64,000 nt of DNA from an uncultured virus (IMG/VR IMGVR_UViG_3300035183_001042) (taxonomy: Duplodnaviria > Heunggongvirae > Uroviricota > Caudoviricetes), in the IMG/VR virus record IMGVR_UViG_3300035183_001042; one strand, written 5' to 3'. The first letter of the stretch is position 1; each line of letters opens with the position of its first letter. A program made the translations under genes and the position numbers. The notes under the pieces were generated by a model. That model was not told the origin of the DNA. It did no database searches and saw only the letters and a list, made by a program, of their open reading frames with translations. Positions 58,285-64,000 of this stretch are shown piece after piece.

Positions 58285-60696
58285 TCACTGGCGACGTGAG
58301 CGCACCATAAAGTATACAGCGGTCACCCCGAGAACCGCCAGAGCTGTTGGAACCAACACTTTGGACAAGGGGAAGGAGTTGTCTTCCGGGATTTTGACAA
58401 TGGAACGTTCCTGCGAGTCCTTCTCCTGATGATCCTTAGCAATCACAATAGGAGGAGGGAGATCGGCGAGCATTACAACACGAGGGATCTTGACGATTGT
58501 TCGGCAAAAACCGAAAGGCACCGGAACCTGGTGCGTCGGCATCAGGTCTTTCTCTGGATCACCAGATAGATATGAGCGCTCGAAGACTGGCTTCGGCCTG
58601 CCAAGGTCGTCTCTACCATAGCCGTCGCAGACGTAATCCGGGATGGCCGCAGCCAAGATCTTTCCAATCGTATCGACGCCAACTCCGATAAGCGACCCGA
58701 CTCCTGGCAACAGGGCGTTCCCGACCGAGGATCCAATGGCGCTCACGACGCCTGTCACCGCACCGATGGTGCGATTGGGCTGAGACCGTCCAAACTCTGC
58801 GCTCTTGTCCGCGAGAACCTTCGCGAGCTTCTCTTGCCCGCCGTAAATGGTTCCCCACGTCAGATTGATCTGAAGTGCGTTCGACAGAGACTGACGAAGA
58901 ACCTCTCCGACGGACCGACGCGGAAGAGATCCAGAGCCGAATCCAGACCAGCGCCGATCAGGACGAACCGTCGGCATGTCCGAAGGCAACGATGCCGACA
59001 CGGGCTCGTCTTGGCAGAGCATCATCAGCCACTCACGCGCATACGCAACGTACCATCGGAGAGGCACCGTGCCCTGCACATGCACCCCACCAACCCCAGG
59101 ATGATCGAACCCTCCGGCCCTCCAGTCGGAAATGTGGTCTCGAGGCTGGAGCGGAGGCGCATGCAAAATCTTCGCGTACCAATCGTCTCCGAAAGAACGA
59201 GAAACGGGGCGGTGCCACCACAGGTTCCACGGGCTGTCATCTGAGTCGAGATACCCAGACTCAGAAGGTCCAAGAGTAGACTTCGGATCGACTCCCGTTC
59301 CTCGAGCAAAGGCTCTCGCATCCCACCAGTATCCGGAAAGCGCGTCTGACGGCCCGTGCATAGTCATGTTCGTGGCAAAGCCACGATTCTGAGCCGTCGA
59401 AGCCATATACGGGTCCTTCGTCGCGTCTCCAGCCCAAAGCAAAACACCAGCCTTCTGCACGAACTCAAGCGTCCGAAGATCATCCGTAGAGACCAGTTTC
59501 TTCCACATCGAGCTGAGACGCGCAGGCATTTCCCCGACGTTGCTGAGATCCTCTGCGTTAGGCGAGATCCTCGGCCGAAGGACCACAAAGCGCTTCTCTC
59601 CACACTGCTCACGAGTCGAGAACCAGTACCCACTGTTGTAGTCGGAGCTAGGATCAAACTCGTTACTGTCGTGGCCGGCGAACCAGTCACGAAATAGCTG
59701 CCGAGCCATCGGGTCGATGTACCAAGGAATGTTCAGCGCGTTGTACCCATTCGCGATCGCCTCGAAGATAGCTCGAACGTACGCGGCCTGCGCTTCCCAG
59801 CCTTCCGGACCGTCCGCATCAGGAGCCATATCGAAGCGGCCCGTCTTCGTGTTCACCTTGTCGAGTGCATCGACGATCGAGTTGTCACTCGCAAGAGCGA
59901 ATCCGATTCTCCACCACCACTGAGCAACAGAGAGATCGCACGAGTGATGGATCTCTGGCCCAGGCACATCCTGGCCACGAGCCTTCAACATGACTTGGAC
60001 CTCCTCGATCTTCCACGAAAGCGTGGAAGGAGGAGAAGGCGTTTTCGGAGAGCAAGGCTTCGCGACCAAAAATTCACCGCTTGGAAGCACTCCAAGCCCA
60101 GTCACATCCGTCGGCTGAAGAGCAGACCCGTCCGGACCGCTAAGCCAAAATCGCTGCCCAGCAAAGAGCGGCGTCGTGATCTTCAGTAGAGACGGGTCGG
60201 ACGAAGAAGGGTGGATCAACTCCCGAGTTAGGAAAGGATCACCAGCCACTCGAGCAGGAATCGAGTAGAGCGACCTCACGTCCGCGTCGGTAGACCAGAT
60301 CGAATCAAGCATTGCCGCAGACAGATCAGGCATTGGCCCCAATACGCCTATCAAACCGGCTTGAGCTCGAGCATCGACCCTGGCGATCAACGAAGGATCG
60401 TCGATCTGCTTGAACAACGGAGAAACGGTGAAGTATGGCCCCCAAGGACGAGCCATCCCACCGAAAAAATCGAACACGCTAGAGCGAATCTCTCGAGACG
60501 TTTTCGAGAGATCGAAGCGAGGATCAGTCACCGTGCCCTGCTTGGCAAGTGTCATCTGACGCATCAAAGACCGATCGCTAAGCACCGTGTCAGATTTGCC
60601 TGCCAACGATGTTCCGCCCGTCTTCTGATTATTCAGCGATAGATCCTTGAGGGAAGTTACCCCAGAAGGTCTCCGACTGTACCTGACGTTCTTCAT
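58285..60696 (-). CDS. large Trp-rich TM-tailed protein with glycine-zipper-like segment
   Basis: Likely start MKNVRY; GAVTGVVSAIGSSVGNALLPGVGSLIGVG; C-terminal TM followed by RSRR. Confidence 0.75.
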   Translation of the reverse strand: MKNVRYSRRPSGVTSLKDLSLNNQKTGGTSLAGKSDTVLSDRSLMRQMTLAKQGTVTDPRFDLSKTSREIRSSVFDFFGGMARPWGPYFTVSPLFKQIDDPSLIARVDARAQAGLIGVLGPMPDLSAAMLDSIWSTDADVRSLYSIPARVAGDPFLTRELIHPSSSDPSLLKITTPLFAGQRFWLSGPDGSALQPTDVTGLGVLPSGEFLVAKPCSPKTPSPPSTLSWKIEEVQVMLKARGQDVPGPEIHHSCDLSVAQWWWRIGFALASDNSIVDALDKVNTKTGRFDMAPDADGPEGWEAQAAYVRAIFEAIANGYNALNIPWYIDPMARQLFRDWFAGHDSNEFDPSSDYNSGYWFSTREQCGEKRFVVLRPRISPNAEDLSNVGEMPARLSSMWKKLVSTDDLRTLEFVQKAGVLLWAGDATKDPYMASTAQNRGFATNMTMHGPSDALSGYWWDARAFARGTGVDPKSTLGPSESGYLDSDDSPWNLWWHRPVSRSFGDDWYAKILHAPPLQPRDHISDWRAGGFDHPGVGGVHVQGTVPLRWYVAYAREWLMMLCQDEPVSASLPSDMPTVRPDRRWSGFGSGSLPRRSVGEVLRQSLSNALQINLTWGTIYGGQEKLAKVLADKSAEFGRSQPNRTIGAVTGVVSAIGSSVGNALLPGVGSLIGVGVDTIGKILAAAIPDYVCDGYGRDDLGRPKPVFERSYLSGDPEKDLMPTHQVPVPFGFCRTIVKIPRVVMLADLPPPIVIAKDHQEKDSQERSIVKIPEDNSFPLSKVLVPTALAVLGVTAVYFMVRSRRQ

Positions 60697-60733
60697 TCGG
60701 TGTCTCCAGCGATGCGATCTTACATCAAACCTG

Positions 60734-60982
60734 CTATCGGCGATGCTTGGTCGTGCTTCCGATCTCGTAGATCGCCAAATAGCCGATCGCGATGCCAGCG
60801 AGGGCAGACGCCACGTAGCCGAGATAGTCAGAGGCACAGTGCTTGACCCCATGAGATGGTGCGGTCACTGGGTCCTCGACAAAGCCGAGGCTGCGCAGAA
60901 ACTCGACCAAACCAGCACGGAGAGTGTCCGTGCTCATCCCGCTGTCAGCAGCGCCGGTGGCGGTCACGACGTGAGTCATCAT
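60734..60982 (-). CDS. small TM-tailed protein
   Basis: YLGYVASALAGIAIGYLAI...KHRR. Confidence 0.55.
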   Translation of the reverse strand: MMTHVVTATGAADSGMSTDTLRAGLVEFLRSLGFVEDPVTAPSHGVKHCASDYLGYVASALAGIAIGYLAIYEIGSTTKHRR

Positions 60983-61058
60983 GGCTGAGATACTCCTGGA
61001 GAGTTGCAAGAAAATGAAAGCGACGAAAAGTCCGCTCGTCATGCTGGACGAGCGGTGA

Positions 61059-61430
61059 TCAGCCCTCGTTCGAGAGTCGGTAGAGGGCCACGCCGACCCC
61101 GACGATCGCCCCGATCCCGAAAATCGACATCGCCAGCTTGTGCTTCGCCGCGTTGTTCTTGATGAAGTCGATCGATCCAGGCACGTACCGAGGATGCTCC
61201 GCGTACCGAAGACTCACCACCTGGTTCGCCTGCACCGCGGGGATCTGCGACTGAAAGAGCACCGTGTCTCCACGGCGGACCTGGATGTCCGCCTCCTTCG
61301 AGGCAGGGAGCGGGAATGTACCGTCGGACGACGGCGAGACCTGCGAGCCATCGACCAGAACCGTGGTGTCTTCTGGCCGACCTTCGATACGAAGAGCCTG
61401 ACCAGAAGCGCGCGAGAGAGACATCGTCAT
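61059..61430 (-). CDS. PEGA-like domain protein with C-terminal TM
   Basis: LRIEGRPEDTTVLVDG...DIQVRRG; IFGIGAIVGVGVALYR. Confidence 0.6.
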   Translation of the reverse strand: MTMSLSRASGQALRIEGRPEDTTVLVDGSQVSPSSDGTFPLPASKEADIQVRRGDTVLFQSQIPAVQANQVVSLRYAEHPRYVPGSIDFIKNNAAKHKLAMSIFGIGAIVGVGVALYRLSNEG

Positions 61431-61490
61431 GCTGTTGAATCCTCCAACGTGGCAGGATCTTCGCACAGGTTCAAGAGAACCGAAAGCGAC

Positions 61491-62129
61491 TCAGAACCCT
61501 AGCCGGTTGGCAGATCCGTGCCATCTCGCTGCGTCGTAGGGATGCTGACCGATGCGCGCCTTCGCGATCGTCGGCTCTGCCCACTCCCAAAGCATCTGTC
61601 CAGATGGACGACGGAAAAGAGAGCCTCCGTCTTCCACGTAGAGCTTGGCGGTGACGTGGTTGAGTTTCGCTCTCGGCTGCTCGAGCCAGATGAGCTTGCC
61701 ACGAATGCCGAGACACGCCGCCATCGCAACGAGCAAAACAGCCATGTCCTCGCAGTCGCCTCCGTGCTCAAGCGTGTACCTCACGCCCTGGTACCACTCA
61801 CCCTCAGGATCTGGAACATAGCCGACGTCTCTCTGCACAAACGAAAGAAGCGCCTGCGCCATCTTCCTCTTCGAGAGAGATTCTCCCAAGCGCGAGCCAG
61901 AGACGTCGGCATACTTGCGAACTGCCTGCTGTGCGGCTTGGCAGACAACGGCATGACCTGCCGCGCTTCGAGCGATCCTCGTGAGTAGATTTACTCGCTC
62001 TTCGGGGCTCAGATAGTCAGAGACGCGGTATGGCTTGGCGTCGAAGTCGCACCCGCCACGGGTCTCGATTAGAGAGCAAATGTCATCTTGTGCCATACGC
62101 CATAAGATAACCGAAGAGTTCTCCGGCAT
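61491..62129 (-). CDS. transglutaminase-like (papain-fold) Cys enzyme
   Basis: FVQRDVGYVPDP, TLEHGGDCEDMAVL, NHV and WAEPT give a Cys-His-acid triad. Confidence 0.85.
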   Translation of the reverse strand: MPENSSVILWRMAQDDICSLIETRGGCDFDAKPYRVSDYLSPEERVNLLTRIARSAAGHAVVCQAAQQAVRKYADVSGSRLGESLSKRKMAQALLSFVQRDVGYVPDPEGEWYQGVRYTLEHGGDCEDMAVLLVAMAACLGIRGKLIWLEQPRAKLNHVTAKLYVEDGGSLFRRPSGQMLWEWAEPTIAKARIGQHPYDAARWHGSANRLGF

Positions 62130-62144
62130 CCAGTGATCAAGCTC

Positions 62145-63359
62145 TCAACGAGAGGCAATCTTCATCGCAGCGGCACCAGCTAGCACGGCGGCTCCGAAAA
62201 GAAGAACAGAAGACGGCTCAACTGCTCCAGATGAATTTTTGTTCGTCAAGACGTAGTCGGAGTAGAAGCTATTCCAAGCGCCAGCAGCGTCTTCCTTGAT
62301 ACCTTCTTCAGACACAGTGCTGCGCCGACGCAGCAGAGCGGCGAGTGGCGCTGATGCGCCAGCAGAAATCATCGCCCTTGCACCACGTGAAATGCGCTGC
62401 TCTCTAGAGTTTTTCGAGATTCCAGGGTATCCCAGAGAGACAAAGTCGTCGTCGGAATATCCGAAGAACTTCCTGTTCACGGCCATCTCTGCGTTGATGG
62501 AATCCGAAGGACCGAGCGAACGAACGATCTTGTTCGCTTCGTCTAAGAGCTTGGTGAACAGCTCTCTTTCCTCGATCTTCTGCCGAGCCAGTTCCTTCTC
62601 AAGCTCGCGCATCCTTGCTTCTCTCACCGCTCGACGATACGCGTCGATGTCAGCAAACTGCACAGCCCTCGAGACGTATTGCGATGGGTTGTTCGCCTCA
62701 GAAGCCTTCTTCTCGAGTTCTTTGATCCTACTCTCGGACCAACCGTACGAGATCAGACGCTCTCGATTCGAAGGTGAGATGACGTGCCTGATCTTCAGCG
62801 ATCCGCTGCTGCGCCTTCGTGGAAGGCTCAAAAAGAAGTCATGAGAACGTGACTTCACAGCATCGATCCACTGAGGATCCACATCGTCTTGGCTCAGGAA
62901 AATGCGATACGCCAAGCCTCTGCCAACAATGTTCGACCCATCGAAGATGAGTCTATTTCTCTGTGAGAATGGCAGCGAACGCGCGCCACTTCGGCTCGTC
63001 GCGTACAGGCGAACGTTCTCAGGAAAGCCAAGTCCAACGGCGAACTCGAAGTCATAAGCCTCTGAGTCGACGTGAACAGAAACGCCGTCAGAGTCGACGT
63101 ACGTTCCGCTACCTTCTTCTGGAACGTTATAGCGAAGACGGTAAATCTTGCCGTCTCTGAACGTTCGCAAGTCGACAATGAGCGACAGCGACATACCAGC
63201 GTCGGCTGCTGCTCGAACTGTTGCGATCGCCGCCGGATCAACTCGTACTCCGTACGCCGAGCGAAGCATCGACAGGGCGTGAATGATACCGTTGACGCCT
63301 TCTGGCACGCCGGGCGAAGGAGCGTTGTAGAATGAAGTCGAGGACATGCCTCTAGTCAA
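62145..63359 (-). CDS. hypothetical protein with C-terminal TM anchor
   Basis: NSSGAVEPSSVLLFGAAVLAGAAAMKIASR. Confidence 0.7.
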   Translation of the reverse strand: MTRGMSSTSFYNAPSPGVPEGVNGIIHALSMLRSAYGVRVDPAAIATVRAAADAGMSLSLIVDLRTFRDGKIYRLRYNVPEEGSGTYVDSDGVSVHVDSEAYDFEFAVGLGFPENVRLYATSRSGARSLPFSQRNRLIFDGSNIVGRGLAYRIFLSQDDVDPQWIDAVKSRSHDFFLSLPRRRSSGSLKIRHVISPSNRERLISYGWSESRIKELEKKASEANNPSQYVSRAVQFADIDAYRRAVREARMRELEKELARQKIEERELFTKLLDEANKIVRSLGPSDSINAEMAVNRKFFGYSDDDFVSLGYPGISKNSREQRISRGARAMISAGASAPLAALLRRRSTVSEEGIKEDAAGAWNSFYSDYVLTNKNSSGAVEPSSVLLFGAAVLAGAAAMKIASR

Positions 63360-63373
63360 TCACACTTCTATGG

Positions 63374-64000
63374 TCATGTCCCGGGAAGGGCGCCGCCGGT
63401 CGTTCCGCCGCCCATGCTTGGAGGAGCAACGCCTCCGGCGCCTCCAGAACTCATCGCAGACAAGAACTGGCTGAGAAGAGGCATCAACACAGGACCTGCA
63501 ATCTCCATGATAGACTTGATCTTAGCGCCGACGTCTTGAGAGGCTTCCTTCGACAGCCCAGAACTCGCCATGAGCTTCTGGACCTCGACCTCGATCTTCC
63601 CCTTCTGAACCTCTCCGCGCGCCGAGACGAGCTCATCACGAAGCTTTCGATTCTCCTGCTCGAGTTCGTCGATCCTAGACCGGTAGCGGCGCTCCATGTC
63701 GTCCATCGATGATCGCATGCGACGCATGTCGTCGTCGGCCTCTGCTCGGACTTTTCGAAGACGATCTGAGACATCTTCCAGCTCCCGCCGGAGGCCGGCG
63801 ACAATCGTCGAAGAGTCTTGTTCTTGCCCAGAGGTTGCCCGAGAAGCGACGATCTGACGAAGAGACTCGACCTCACGAGCAGCTGCCTGTGACTGCTGCT
63901 GCATCATCTGCATAATGATGTTCATCATGGTCAACTCCTTCGCGTCTTCTCGGTCTTCTTTCCTTGCTTGATCAAGGATCTCCTGCTGCCGCGCAGGGTC
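63374..64000 (-). CDS. coiled-coil protein, 5' end outside the window
   Basis: Frame is open to the window edge; heptad-rich, Met/Gln-rich, with an amphipathic C-terminal helix. Confidence 0.7.
   Translation of the reverse strand, partial: DPARQQEILDQARKEDREDAKELTMMNIIMQMMQQQSQAAAREVESLRQIVASRATSGQEQDSSTIVAGLRRELEDVSDRLRKVRAEADDDMRRMRSSMDDMERRYRSRIDELEQENRKLRDELVSARGEVQKGKIEVEVQKLMASSGLSKEASQDVGAKIKSIMEIAGPVLMPLLSQFLSAMSSGGAGGVAPPSMGGGTTGGALPGT

Overview
This GC-rich window reads as part of a large virus or provirus genome rather than core chromosome. It has almost no housekeeping genes, densely packed ORFs with ATGA overlaps, and several phage-type genes: an SNF2/HARP-like helicase, an orphan C5 DNA methyltransferase, SSB, DprA, a GP88-like protein, an ART-like protein, an ASCH/MazG fusion and lysin candidates. 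The left part (0.3-31 kb) holds two inward-pointing 'early-like' clusters that share promoter, leader and hairpin cassettes and an ~420-bp near-identical inverted duplication, plus an expanded, mosaic Imm5-like Ala-rich paralog family. The right part (~32-64 kb, mostly minus strand) holds about 25 proteins with a single TM helix and often a basic tail, many preceded by an [APS]SG or [LMVD]AG motif. It also encodes a candidate jelly-roll capsid protein and a transglutaminase-like Cys enzyme, and I recognise no HK97 capsid, portal, terminase or tail genes. The best hypothesis, by inference only, is a large tailless membrane-containing virus, possibly of Myxococcota, with its own protein tagging/processing system. 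All family calls come from reading motifs by eye; no database search was run. Several in-frame stops and frameshifts could be assembly errors.
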